A stretch of 54,387 nucleotides of DNA from a virus (Duplodnaviria > Caudoviricetes). The stretch is from positions 1 to 54,387 of the IMG/VR virus record IMGVR_UViG_3300047550_003005; one strand, written 5' to 3'. Below the pieces are notes generated by a model. The model searched no databases and was not told the origin of the DNA. It saw only the letters and a program-made list of their open reading frames with translations. The first letter of the stretch is position 1. The number at the start of each line of letters is the position of its first letter. Both the position numbers and the translations under genes were made by a program. Positions 8,454 to 18,595 of the stretch are shown in pieces.

Positions 8454-10790
8454 ATGCCACTTGTCCCTGGCCTTAGCCCGTCCATTCGTGAGCCCGCCCC
8501 CGAGGCGCCTGAGCTGCCGCCCGGTGAAGAGGTTGTGATCATGGAGGCCGATGAGGCCGCCGATCAGCCCCAGACCGATGACAGCGGCAACATCCTCTCC
8601 ATTGAGCATCCCGATGGCAGCATCACGGTGCGGATTGATGGCCAGCCCCTGGAGCCTGCCGGTGGCAAAAAAGAAACCGGCTGGTTTGATAACCTCGTTG
8701 ATCAAATCCCGCAGGCAGAGCTTTCACGCATTAGCGAAGACCTGTTGCGCGGCATCCGCGATGATCTGCAAAGCCGCAGCGAATGGATTGAAGATCGCGC
8801 CACCGGCTTGAAACTGCTTGGCCTGAAGATCGAAATCCCCAGCCTTGCTGGCGCTGCTGACGGTGCGCCGGTCGAAGGCATGTCGAAGGTGCGGCACCCG
8901 TTGCTGCTGGAAGCCGTGCTGCGCTTTCAGGCTAATGCGCGGTCTGAGCTGCTGCCGACCGATGGCCCGGTGAAAATCCGCAACGACGATAACGACCCCA
9001 GCCTGCAAGAAGATGAGCTGGCGAATGCATTGGAGCGCGACCTCAACCACTACCTGACGGCGGTGGCGACCGAGTATTACCCCGACACTGACCGCATGCT
9101 GCTGATGCTTGGCTTCGGCGGCTCTGCGTTCAAGAAGGTGTACTACTGCCCGCTGCGCAATCGTCCCGTTTCCGAAACGGTTGATGCCGATGATCTGATC
9201 GTGAATAACGGCGCGACTGATTTGCAGAACGCCAAGCGCATCACGCACCGCACGTTCCTGAAGCCCAGCGTGGTGAAGCGCCTGCAAATCTTGGGCGTGT
9301 ATCAAGACACTGATCTCAGCACACCAAACCCGCACAGCCTTGATAGCCTTCAGCGTGAAGAGAAGACGCAGGAAGGCATCTCGCCGGATGTCATGAACCC
9401 TGATGACCGGGATCGTGAAATCTATGAATGCTACTGCGAGCTGAACATTCAGGGCTTCGAGCATACCTACAAAGGCAAAGAGACTGGCCTGGAAATTCCG
9501 TATCGCGTGACCATTGATGCATCTTCGAAGAAGATACTTTCGGTGGTGCGCAACTATGACGAAGACACTGCCGAGCTTCCTGAAGCCCGCAGCAATTTCG
9601 TCAAGTACACCTTCATGCCCGGCTTTGGGTTTTACGATATTGGGCTGCTTCATATCCTTGGCAACACGACAAACGCGGTGACGGCTGCATGGCGCGAGCT
9701 TTTGGACGCTGGGATGTACGCAAACTTTCCGGGTTTCCTGTTCGCAGACGCAGGCGCGAGGCAAAACACAAACATCTTCCGTGTGCCTCCGGGCGGCGGC
9801 GCCCTGGTGAAGACCAATGGCATGCCGATCCAGCAGGCGATCATGCCGCTGCCGTACAAGGAGCCCAGCCAAGCCCTGATGGGGTTGGTGCAGAACATCG
9901 TTGAGACTGGGCAGCGCATTGGCGGCGTGAGCGAGATGATGGTTGGCGAGGGGCGCGCTGATGCGCCGGTTGGCACCACGCTGGCGATGATTGAACAGGC
10001 GCAGAAGATTCTGAATTCTGTCCATAAGCGCATGCATGCTGCCCAGGCGCAGGAATTCCAATTGCTGGCCGAATGCTTCCGCGAGAACCCTGAGAGCTTC
10101 TGGCAGCGCAAGCGCAAGAATGCCTATCCGTGGGATGAGCAGCGCTTCCTGCAAGCCCTGGACAATGCAGAGCTGGTGCCGCAGGCTGATCCCAACACCG
10201 CCAGCCACACGCAGCGCCTGATGAAGATCATGGCGCTGAAGCAGCTTCAGCAGGCGCAGCCGGGGCTGTACGACCCGATTGCGATTGATACGGCGGCCTT
10301 GCAGGCTATTGGCTGGAATAACCCTGAGCAATTCTTTGCGCCGCCTGACGCACAGGGCAAGCCGCCGCCTGAGCTGATGAAGGCGCAGGCCGAGCTTCAG
10401 ATCAGGAAGCAGGAAGCCGACATTAAGGGCATGGAAGCCCAGGCGCGGGCGCAGAAGATGCAGGCTGACACGGCGCTGGAGGCCCAGCAGTTTGAGGCCA
10501 ATCAGGCCATGCATGAGCAGCGCATGGGCTTGGATGTGTCTAAATTCCAAGTGCAGACTGGCCTTGAAGAGCGGGCCATGGGGGCAAAGACCGATGAAGC
10601 TATCGCCCGTGAACGCCTCCAGCTCATTGATCTGGCGCAGAACCTTGCAGTGCATCCAGAGAGCGCGCCGGTTGTGGCGCCGCTTGTGCGTCCTGCCTTC
10701 CAGGCTGTCACGGAGCGCGAGCTAGAGGAGAGGGCGCGGCGCGGTAATCTGCCGCCGCTGCCAGGGCTTGGGGGAGCGTTGCCGCAATGA
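8454..10790 (+). CDS. Portal protein (P22-like, long C-terminal coiled coil)
   Basis: Follows terL; HPLLLEAVLRFQA, GFYDIGLLH, APVGTTLAMIEQ motifs; Gln-rich helical tail; GAGGGAG RBS. Confidence 0.9.
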   Translation: MPLVPGLSPSIREPAPEAPELPPGEEVVIMEADEAADQPQTDDSGNILSIEHPDGSITVRIDGQPLEPAGGKKETGWFDNLVDQIPQAELSRISEDLLRGIRDDLQSRSEWIEDRATGLKLLGLKIEIPSLAGAADGAPVEGMSKVRHPLLLEAVLRFQANARSELLPTDGPVKIRNDDNDPSLQEDELANALERDLNHYLTAVATEYYPDTDRMLLMLGFGGSAFKKVYYCPLRNRPVSETVDADDLIVNNGATDLQNAKRITHRTFLKPSVVKRLQILGVYQDTDLSTPNPHSLDSLQREEKTQEGISPDVMNPDDRDREIYECYCELNIQGFEHTYKGKETGLEIPYRVTIDASSKKILSVVRNYDEDTAELPEARSNFVKYTFMPGFGFYDIGLLHILGNTTNAVTAAWRELLDAGMYANFPGFLFADAGARQNTNIFRVPPGGGALVKTNGMPIQQAIMPLPYKEPSQALMGLVQNIVETGQRIGGVSEMMVGEGRADAPVGTTLAMIEQAQKILNSVHKRMHAAQAQEFQLLAECFRENPESFWQRKRKNAYPWDEQRFLQALDNAELVPQADPNTASHTQRLMKIMALKQLQQAQPGLYDPIAIDTAALQAIGWNNPEQFFAPPDAQGKPPPELMKAQAELQIRKQEADIKGMEAQARAQKMQADTALEAQQFEANQAMHEQRMGLDVSKFQVQTGLEERAMGAKTDEAIARERLQLIDLAQNLAVHPESAPVVAPLVRPAFQAVTERELEERARRGNLPPLPGLGGALPQ

Positions 10791-13700
10791 ACCACGATCC
10801 GCGCAAGGCTATTCGTCAAGCCATGATGATTGCGCGGCGCGAGGTGACTGCGCCGAATAAGGCTTCAATTGGTGGTCAGCGGCATATGCTGGCTTACATC
10901 ACGCCTTATGAGGCAGAGCTTCTGATGCGGCGAGGTGGCTCTGGCCGCCTGACTGAATATGGTGTGCCTGCGTTTGATGATGGTAATGGCAATGGCCCTG
11001 GCGGTGGTCCTGGTAATGACTCCAATACAGACACTGCGATGTCTGATCCAAATACGCAAACAGCTACATCAGGAAATGAAGGCACTGGCGCGGGACCTAC
11101 AGGGGCTGGTGCTGGGGGTATTGGAGAGACTGGCCCTGACGAAACTGACGCCAATTTAAGTGGGCCTGTTGCCGCACCTGTGCCTACTGCGCCGACCGCT
11201 ACTGTGCCATTTGGCACTCCTCCTTTTGGCCAAGCGCCTTCAGCTTTAGGTCTGGGCCTTATTGGCGGTCTTGCCGGGCTTGGTTTTGGTGTGCCGGGTC
11301 TTGGTACTGCGGCAGCAGGGATTGGCGCGGCTATTGATGCCAACAACCTGAATGAGCAGCTTGGCATGATGGGCTTGGAACAAAATATTGATGCTCAGTT
11401 GGCCGCAGTAAATGCTATGACCATGGGCGCATTTGGCAGGGGTGCAGCGGAACAATTTGGGCAAACGCTGGGCTTTGATGCGCTTGCAGAAGCGCCGATG
11501 TCTGCGTTTAGCCCGCCACAAGACCTTCCTGGCCCTCCTGCTGATACGAGTAACCCGCCCCCTTATTATGTTGATGTGAAGGCTCCGAAACAGCCGGTTA
11601 TGCAAGCGGATGAAGAAGCGCAACGTGATTTGCTTGCCGCGCGCAATCCGATGCAGCAGCCTTTGATGTATGCTGATGGCGGTGCTGCAACAGGTGGCCG
11701 CATGGACCCGCGCATGCTGCCGGGCATTCATGTGCGTGTTCCTCATGATCGTGTTGGCCGTGCTGACGGTGGCCCGGTGCAGCAGCCGCAGGATGAGGAT
11801 GTGCGGATTGATGACCCGATCATTGGGTATCATGGCACCCCGCATGAATTTGAGCGCTTTGATCCGAGCAAGATTGGCACGGGTGAAGGCGAGCAAATGT
11901 ATGGGCATGGGCTGTATTTTGGCGAACAAGAAAATACTGCAAAATATTACAAAGATAGAATTTCAACTGAAGCTGGCAAGGCTAGGTTACTTGATGCCCG
12001 TGGCAACGAAATTGCCTTAAGTAATCCTGCAAATGCAGAATTTAAAAAATTTCTAAAAACTTATAGTGGTGGTTTTAGGTGGGGTGATGTTAATCACCAT
12101 GTTGAGGCACTAAAAAGAAAATCAGCGACTTTAGATGACGACATCAATTCTATTGATGAAATGCTTCGCACCCATAATTGGGCAGGCATTGAAGACACAC
12201 AAAAATATTGGCAAAACGAATTAGAAAAAAAGATACAGCAAAAACCTACAATTTTAGAATTCACAAATGCTTTAGAGAAAGCTCAAAGGATAGAGCCTAT
12301 TGGTCATATGTATGAAGTGGCTATCCATGCGCGTCCTGAAGAGTTTATGGATTGGGATAAACCGTTAAGCCAGCAAAACCAGCGTGTTCGTGATTTTTTC
12401 AAGCAGCGCGGATTTGATAAGGATTTCACAACTCCGCGCGGTTATACTCAAATTGGGGGTGATGTTTATATTGATGCAGCCGTCCGTGCTTCAGGCTCAA
12501 AAAGCGGTTTTGCCCTTCCTGCCGACAGAAAAAAGCTATCAGAAGATATGTTGGCAGCGGGCATTCCTGGCATCAAATACCTTGATGCTGGCAGCCGTGA
12601 TGCTGGTCAAGGCACCCGCAACTACGTTGTGTTTCATCCCAAGCACCTGGAAATCAAGCGCCGCTATGCCGATGGCGGTGAGATCACGCCGCCGCGCGAT
12701 CTGGGGGCTGATCCCACGGTGCAGCAGGCGCTGCGCCTATCCAGCCGGGTCACTGATAAGCGCACCCCGCAGCTTCAGGATGCCGCTGATCTGATTGCTG
12801 CTGGTCAGATGGGGCCGGAAGAATATCATGCCCTGGTGGGCCAGTATAAGCCTGTGCAGCCCTATACCAACGTGCCACCGATGGCTTCAGAGGCTGACTT
12901 GTTCCGTGGCTTGAGCGAAGATAAGCACGGCAAGGTTGGAGCAGAAAAGAATATTCCAGAAGGCCATCCGGTTGGTTTGCGGCTTGATATCCCCGCCTAT
13001 GATCGGCATGGCGTCTGGGCGCCTACCATCCATGATGGGCATGGCGATAAAGCCAAAGCAATTGCCCACGCACCCTTTGCCCATGTTTCTGATCCCGTCT
13101 TCAGCGTGTCCGAAAACAAGGCGCTGAATGTTGCTAGAGGCACAGCCAAATCGCCATTTGCCAAGATCAATGGCTTTTGGAAGCCAACATCTCCCGAAGA
13201 TGCCCAGGCGATGGCGCAGGAATATCTATACCATCCTGAATGGCGACAGGTCGGCATGGACCCGGAGCGGCATAGCTTCTTCTATGACCGTGAAACCCGC
13301 CAGCCGATTGTAAGCGCGGATGAGGCTTTGCAGGTAGGCCCGTTGGTGCTGGCGAAGAACCCTAAATACGGCAAGGTGACTGATTACAAGTACGCCATTG
13401 GCGGCGGTGTTGATGATGATCCCACGGTGCAGCAAGCGCTTTCCTATACCAGGAAAGTGACCCCGATGGGGTTTTACAGTCATGCTGCTGATGTTGCGGC
13501 CAATCTGCCGCAGCAAAAAGGCACACCGCAGCAGATGCTTTCAATGCTGACTGCGCGTGGCGTTAAGCCGGATGAAATCAATAATTCCGGCGCGCAAGAC
13601 ACATTTGGAAATCAAAAGACCGTGGCCAAGCAGGATTTAGCCGCGCATTTCCAGCAAAACATGCCTGACATTCAGGAACAGAAACGCATACCCAAGCCGT

Positions 13701-16129
13701 CATGGGAGCGTTTAGAGGCATCAAATCATGACCCCGAAATTTATGCGGCTGCTGCTTTTCCAGCTAAATTTTTTGAATGGACAATGGCTTATATGGAGGA
13801 TAAAAATCCAGAAGATATTGATTATCGTGAAATATTACTTCATTCGCAGCCCCATTGGAATGAAAATGCAATAAATGATTGGCTTGAAACTCAAGCTTAC
13901 AATAAAGCGTCTGATTTTGGCGCCATAAGCTCAACAGACGATTGGAATAATCTTCCTGAAAATGAAAAAAATAAATTCACAAAGGACGCAGAACAAAGAC
14001 TTAATTATCTAAAAACTACACTAGACTTCAAAAATAGGAGCGAAAGAAGTGCGCTTTTAGACCCGGATAAAAATTTCTTCAGCACCCATTGGGCTGTGCC
14101 AAATGTAATTGGCCACATTCGCATGCATGACAGGGATGGTGAGGATACGCTGCACGTTGAAGAATTGCAGAGTGATTGGGGGCAGGCCAAGCGTAATGGT
14201 GAGGATGTTCCTGAGCATCCGTTGATCAACAACACAAACACCTGGACCGATCTTTTGCTGAAGCGCGTTTTGCGTGAGGCGGCTCGTCGTGGATATAAGC
14301 GCATTGCTTGGACACCAGGGCAGGAGCAGGCGGAAAGGTACGACCTGAGCCAGCAAATTCATCAATTAAATTATGATCCAGAAGATAAAGTGCTTTCCTA
14401 TTATCATAAGGATCGCGGATGGGATGATCTTCCATATCGCGTTAATCCTGATGAAATACAAAAATATGTTGGGAAAGAGATTGCTAAAAATCTGCTTTCA
14501 CAACCACCAAGCCCATTGAATGGAAGCCATTCCCTAGAAATAAACACGCAAGTCGGCGGCGAAGGCATGAGGGCCTATTACGACAAAATCGTTCCCGCGC
14601 GCATGACGGAAATAACAAAAAAGCTTGGCGCCCCCGTTAAGGTAGAGCCGTACAAAATAAATACCCGAGATGGCGAAAAAACATTACATTCAATTGTGGT
14701 GACGCCGGAGCTAAAATCTGCGGTGTTGAAAGGAATGCCAGTGTACAAAGATGGCGGCAGAATTGGCTACGCTGATGGCGGCATGCCGGGCGATGATCCC
14801 ACGGTGCAGCGGGCGCTGGACATTACGCGGCAGGCGCAACCTGAGCAGTCTCCCATTCCTGGGGCCATGCAGGTGGCTCAGACGGTGGCAGCTCCAGGCC
14901 GCAGGCGCTTTGAGATCGCCCCGGCGCGTGTAGCGCCGATGACAATTGATCAGAAGGACCGCGATCTTCCAGAGGAAGGCAGCGTCACCATCAAACGCCT
15001 CACCGATGCCTTTAAGAAGGCGATTGATAACCACCTGTCACTGCCGCCTGCGCAGCAGATCGCTAATGCCCGGCAGGCTGAAAACAATGTGGCGCAATAT
15101 GTAGGGCGCGGGAAAACCGGCAAGATCAATTCCGTTCTGACCGCCAACAAGAAGCTGATGAAGGCGCAGACGGCTGGGGAAGATGACACCCCACTGATGC
15201 TGCCTGATGGCCGTACACTTGAGATGACCGGGCTGGCGTTGATGCCAGATTACCGGGAAGGCCAGTTTAAGATGTGCGGCAACTCTGATGTCTGCCGTGA
15301 TTCTTGTCTGGGTAAAGAATCAGGACAGTATCGGTATGATCCGACTGAAACCCAAGCCCAGATGCCGATGACGCAAGAAGAATTGGCTGCTGCTGGTGGC
15401 AAGCCCCGCATGGCTGCTTTTCGCCGCACTCAGGCGATGATGCGTGATCCTGAAAGCTTTGCCGTCTATCTGCATGAATTGATTGATGGTGCGAAGATCA
15501 TGGCGGAAAAGCGCGGCGCGCATCTTGGGGTGCGCCTCAATGTGCTTTCTGATTTGTCGCCAAAGATCATGGAGCCGATTATCAAGGCCCATCCAGAAGT
15601 TTCTTTCTATGACTACACCAAGATGAATTATGACCCGGTGGCGCCAAACCACCATTATACCTATTCATCCACGGGGTTGTCGCAGCCGGATCGTGGGGTT
15701 GAAAACCCCTACTCAAACTGGCGCAAGATGCGGGATCGTTTGGATCAAGGGCATAATGTCGCGATGGCATTTGCTCATGGGAAAAGTGATGCCTTCCCAG
15801 AGTATTTGCATGATGAAGAAACTGGGAAGAAGTATCGTGTTGTTTCTGGTGATGAGCATGACTTCCGCCCCTTGGACATGGTGCCAGAGGGGGAAGACGG
15901 CGTGATCATTGCGCTGAAGAACATGGCTGCCAGCAATTCCGAATACAAATATGAGAATGCCGCGCGCAATTCTCACGGTTTTTTTGTTCACCATGAGCCC
16001 GATTTTGAGCGCACCCCCGAAGGGACTTTTTCCCGAAATGAAAATGGGAATCGCATTTCCCGCAATAAAGTTTATACTGTTCGTACCCAACCTATGAAGC
16101 GTGGCGCCGTGCGCCAGCAGGAGAATTGA
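10787..16129 (+). CDS. Large polyvalent virion/cargo protein: ART-PolyVal-like ADP-ribosyltransferase + two unknown domains + GP88-like domain
   Basis: YHGT...FD...GTGEG..YGHGLYF...NYVVF (ART); HVEELQSDW domain; Cx5Cx3C...RLNVLSD...FYDYTK (GP88-like); domains separated by [YR]ADGG-type linkers. Confidence 0.8.
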   Translation: MNHDPRKAIRQAMMIARREVTAPNKASIGGQRHMLAYITPYEAELLMRRGGSGRLTEYGVPAFDDGNGNGPGGGPGNDSNTDTAMSDPNTQTATSGNEGTGAGPTGAGAGGIGETGPDETDANLSGPVAAPVPTAPTATVPFGTPPFGQAPSALGLGLIGGLAGLGFGVPGLGTAAAGIGAAIDANNLNEQLGMMGLEQNIDAQLAAVNAMTMGAFGRGAAEQFGQTLGFDALAEAPMSAFSPPQDLPGPPADTSNPPPYYVDVKAPKQPVMQADEEAQRDLLAARNPMQQPLMYADGGAATGGRMDPRMLPGIHVRVPHDRVGRADGGPVQQPQDEDVRIDDPIIGYHGTPHEFERFDPSKIGTGEGEQMYGHGLYFGEQENTAKYYKDRISTEAGKARLLDARGNEIALSNPANAEFKKFLKTYSGGFRWGDVNHHVEALKRKSATLDDDINSIDEMLRTHNWAGIEDTQKYWQNELEKKIQQKPTILEFTNALEKAQRIEPIGHMYEVAIHARPEEFMDWDKPLSQQNQRVRDFFKQRGFDKDFTTPRGYTQIGGDVYIDAAVRASGSKSGFALPADRKKLSEDMLAAGIPGIKYLDAGSRDAGQGTRNYVVFHPKHLEIKRRYADGGEITPPRDLGADPTVQQALRLSSRVTDKRTPQLQDAADLIAAGQMGPEEYHALVGQYKPVQPYTNVPPMASEADLFRGLSEDKHGKVGAEKNIPEGHPVGLRLDIPAYDRHGVWAPTIHDGHGDKAKAIAHAPFAHVSDPVFSVSENKALNVARGTAKSPFAKINGFWKPTSPEDAQAMAQEYLYHPEWRQVGMDPERHSFFYDRETRQPIVSADEALQVGPLVLAKNPKYGKVTDYKYAIGGGVDDDPTVQQALSYTRKVTPMGFYSHAADVAANLPQQKGTPQQMLSMLTARGVKPDEINNSGAQDTFGNQKTVAKQDLAAHFQQNMPDIQEQKRIPKPSWERLEASNHDPEIYAAAAFPAKFFEWTMAYMEDKNPEDIDYREILLHSQPHWNENAINDWLETQAYNKASDFGAISSTDDWNNLPENEKNKFTKDAEQRLNYLKTTLDFKNRSERSALLDPDKNFFSTHWAVPNVIGHIRMHDRDGEDTLHVEELQSDWGQAKRNGEDVPEHPLINNTNTWTDLLLKRVLREAARRGYKRIAWTPGQEQAERYDLSQQIHQLNYDPEDKVLSYYHKDRGWDDLPYRVNPDEIQKYVGKEIAKNLLSQPPSPLNGSHSLEINTQVGGEGMRAYYDKIVPARMTEITKKLGAPVKVEPYKINTRDGEKTLHSIVVTPELKSAVLKGMPVYKDGGRIGYADGGMPGDDPTVQRALDITRQAQPEQSPIPGAMQVAQTVAAPGRRRFEIAPARVAPMTIDQKDRDLPEEGSVTIKRLTDAFKKAIDNHLSLPPAQQIANARQAENNVAQYVGRGKTGKINSVLTANKKLMKAQTAGEDDTPLMLPDGRTLEMTGLALMPDYREGQFKMCGNSDVCRDSCLGKESGQYRYDPTETQAQMPMTQEELAAAGGKPRMAAFRRTQAMMRDPESFAVYLHELIDGAKIMAEKRGAHLGVRLNVLSDLSPKIMEPIIKAHPEVSFYDYTKMNYDPVAPNHHYTYSSTGLSQPDRGVENPYSNWRKMRDRLDQGHNVAMAFAHGKSDAFPEYLHDEETGKKYRVVSGDEHDFRPLDMVPEGEDGVIIALKNMAASNSEYKYENAARNSHGFFVHHEPDFERTPEGTFSRNENGNRISRNKVYTVRTQPMKRGAVRQQEN
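12709..14817 (+). repeat. Three dispersed 24-bp repeats encoding DPTVQ[Q/R]AL
   Basis: TGATCCCACGGTGCAGCrrGCGCT at 12709-12732, 13417-13440, 14794-14817. Confidence 0.9.
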
Positions 16130-16130
16130 G

Positions 16131-16391
16131 ATGAAGAAGCCGCCGCCGATCAATCAGCTTCACCCTGAAGATCACATTCAGCAGTTTCACAATGCCCATA
16201 TGTTTGAAGATAATGGGGATCACCCCACCGCATTGGGGTCTGTGCTGCGTCATGGCCATTTGCTGGCTTCTGGCGGCACGGTGACATCCCCTGTTGTAGA
16301 TCGGGCTTTGAAGAAGACCGCACCAGACCGGCCTATGGTTGCCTTGGCCGACCTCTTCCAAAGGCAACTGCGGGGACGCCCGCCCTCCTAG
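16131..16391 (+). CDS. Small hypothetical protein with LASGG + PVVDRAL motif
   Basis: AGGAGA RBS; contains the same linker pattern as the polyvalent protein. Confidence 0.65.
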   Translation: MKKPPPINQLHPEDHIQQFHNAHMFEDNGDHPTALGSVLRHGHLLASGGTVTSPVVDRALKKTAPDRPMVALADLFQRQLRGRPPS

Positions 16392-16404
16392 GAGATCAAG
16401 TGCT

Positions 16405-18486
16405 ATGAGTGAAACCAGCGCAAAGTCCATCAGGGCAGCACGGGAGGCCAAGGCAAAGCGCTTGGGCTCTGCGGGCGATCCGAAGCAGAAGGTGGATGCT
16501 TCCACCTGGACGCCGCCTGAGATGATGAACACGAATGCCAAGACCGGGCTTCGGCCTGTGTCCCGGCGCGCGTTCAAGCGTGGCGGCAAGGTGGGCATGG
16601 AGGCTGAAGGCTCCTGCGGCCCTACCCGAGCTGACCGCAAGCCGCGCAAGAGCGGCGGCGAGGCCAAGGCTTGGATGGCTGCCAAGATTAACCGTGATGT
16701 GAAGGAAGCCAATGCAGAGCTTGGCAAGCCGCATGTCGGGGGTATGAAGAAGGGTGGCCGGGCGAAGCGTCAGACTGGTGGCATGCTGCCGGAAGGTGCG
16801 CGCCAGGGCATTCAGCGCACTTCTGCCTTGATGGCGCGTGATGCCGCTGATGAGATGGCCCGCCGCCAGCTTCAGCGTGAAAATCCGCCACCGCCGCCCC
16901 CGTCTGAGCGTGAAGCGCCGCTTGATAACCGTTCAACGCGCGAATTGATGGACCGCATGCAGGACGGCATGAAGAAGGGTGGCCGCGCCAAGAAGCAGAT
17001 GGGTGGCATATCCGGTGATCCGCGCCAGGGCGCCGCTGCGATGATGCAGAAGGCCGCTGCCATGGGTAACGTGCCTGCTGACCGCATGGCCTTCAGCCGC
17101 CTTCAGAAAGGCCGCGCTGCCACGATGGCGGGGCTGAAGAAGGGCGGTAAGGTCAGCCACCAGGAGTGGGAGCATTCCAAGGCTGATTTGAAGCAGGACA
17201 AGAAGCTGGCCAAAAAGCATGGCATGAGCATGGAGCAGTGGGAGGAATCCGCTCTTGATGCGAAGCATGACAAGCAGCAATCCACCGAAGGACTGAAGAA
17301 GGGTGGCCGGATTGCGAAGCGGGGCGGCGGCGAGCTTTCTGTAACAACGCCATCCTCTTCTGGTCTGTCTGCATCGCGCCCCCGGTACACGATTGCGCCT
17401 CGTGTCCCTGGCCCTCGCGCTGCCATGGACCCGCGCGTTTTGGCTGGTGAAGTCCTTGTTTTGGGCATGCAGCCATCTGCGGCCAATGCTGGCGAACAAG
17501 AGGCATTGCGGGACTATCTGCGCACCGCGACTTTGCCTGATTACAGTGAACAGGCTGCCGCTGCGCCGCGTTTAAGCCGTGGTTCTGAGCCTTTTTATGC
17601 TGAGGATGCGGCAGGCGGGCAGTATTACAATCCCAGCCCACGGGCTTCATACGCTGAAGAAATGGCAGCGGCGGCTCCTGCGCCTCGCCCGCGCCCGGCA
17701 CCTCGGGCTGCTGCACCTCAAGCTGATGCTGCCAGCAGGCAGAGCGAGCTTGAGAAAATTGCGATGGGCGCTGTTTTGAGCGACATGATGAAGGGCGGCT
17801 ATGAACAGCCTGAGCGCGGGTTCTTTGACCGCCTTGGCCTGCGCCGCACCTATGAGACTGGTGAAGGCCGCCCCAGCACCGGCAGCCTGTCTGGTGATCT
17901 TCGCGAATTGGGTCGCACCCTTGGCTTCAAGAAGGGCGGCAAGGTGATGGAAGGCAACTACACGGGCGGCACCCGCCCGACTGGTGGCCGGATTGCGAAG
18001 AAGGGCGGTGGTCGCGCCAAGGGCAAGACCAACATCATCATCTCGATCAATCCTGGCGCTGGCGCTGCTGGTGGCCCAGGCATGATGCCTCCGGGCAACT
18101 TGCCGCCGGGTGCTGGTGCGCGTCCTGGCGCTGGTGGTTTGCCGGTGCCGGTTGCTGGCCCTCCTGGGGCCGGTGCGCCGCCTCCGATGCCGATGCCTGT
18201 TCCTGTGCCTATGCCGATGGGCGCAGGCGCTGGCGGGCCTCCTATGCCGCCTCCTGGCGCGATGCCGCGCAAGGCCGGTGGCCGTGCGTATCGTTCCTAT
18301 AAGGACATGGATGCGGGCGCTGGTAGTGGTCTGGGGCGGTTGGAGAAGACCGAAATCCAAGAACACAAGCGCGGTGAGCGTAAGGCCGGTGGCCGCACCT
18401 ACCGTTCTTACAAAGATATGGATGCCGGTGCTGGCAGCGGGCTTGGGCGGTTAGAGAAAACCGAAATCCAAGCGCGCAAGAGGTGA
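16405..18486 (+). CDS. Low-complexity basic virion-associated protein with repeated x-K-K-G-G motifs
   Basis: AGGAG RBS; more than 12 motifs (FKRGG, MKKGG, LKKGG, RKAGG...); Pro/Gly tract; duplicated C-terminal 31-mer. Confidence 0.8.
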   Translation: MSETSAKSIRAAREAKAKRLGSAGDPKQKVDASTWTPPEMMNTNAKTGLRPVSRRAFKRGGKVGMEAEGSCGPTRADRKPRKSGGEAKAWMAAKINRDVKEANAELGKPHVGGMKKGGRAKRQTGGMLPEGARQGIQRTSALMARDAADEMARRQLQRENPPPPPPSEREAPLDNRSTRELMDRMQDGMKKGGRAKKQMGGISGDPRQGAAAMMQKAAAMGNVPADRMAFSRLQKGRAATMAGLKKGGKVSHQEWEHSKADLKQDKKLAKKHGMSMEQWEESALDAKHDKQQSTEGLKKGGRIAKRGGGELSVTTPSSSGLSASRPRYTIAPRVPGPRAAMDPRVLAGEVLVLGMQPSAANAGEQEALRDYLRTATLPDYSEQAAAAPRLSRGSEPFYAEDAAGGQYYNPSPRASYAEEMAAAAPAPRPRPAPRAAAPQADAASRQSELEKIAMGAVLSDMMKGGYEQPERGFFDRLGLRRTYETGEGRPSTGSLSGDLRELGRTLGFKKGGKVMEGNYTGGTRPTGGRIAKKGGGRAKGKTNIIISINPGAGAAGGPGMMPPGNLPPGAGARPGAGGLPVPVAGPPGAGAPPPMPMPVPVPMPMGAGAGGPPMPPPGAMPRKAGGRAYRSYKDMDAGAGSGLGRLEKTEIQEHKRGERKAGGRTYRSYKDMDAGAGSGLGRLEKTEIQARKR
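18268..18471 (+). repeat. Duplicated 93-bp unit ([31 protein letters not shown] x2)
   Basis: 18268-18360 and 18379-18471; 30/31 aa identical, many synonymous changes. Confidence 0.9.
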
Positions 18487-18595
18487 GGTAGGTAGGGTCA
18501 GCGCGGCGAAGTCTGAATGCCTATCTCGGGCGGCAGTGTCACCCCTCTGACGCTGCCGCCCTCCTATCCACAAGAGGGGCAGACGAGGGGGTCTG

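Noticed and set aside
8724-10655. Long minus-strand ORFs (643 aa here; also 18979-20187, 20822-21928, 1104-2036)
   Set aside because: Antisense shadows of well-supported + strand genes in GC-rich DNA; no recognisable motifs
10787-16129. Inteins or introns explaining the large protein and AT-rich inserts
   Set aside because: No C/S...HN-C/S/T splice motifs or LAGLIDADG blocks seen; frame is continuous
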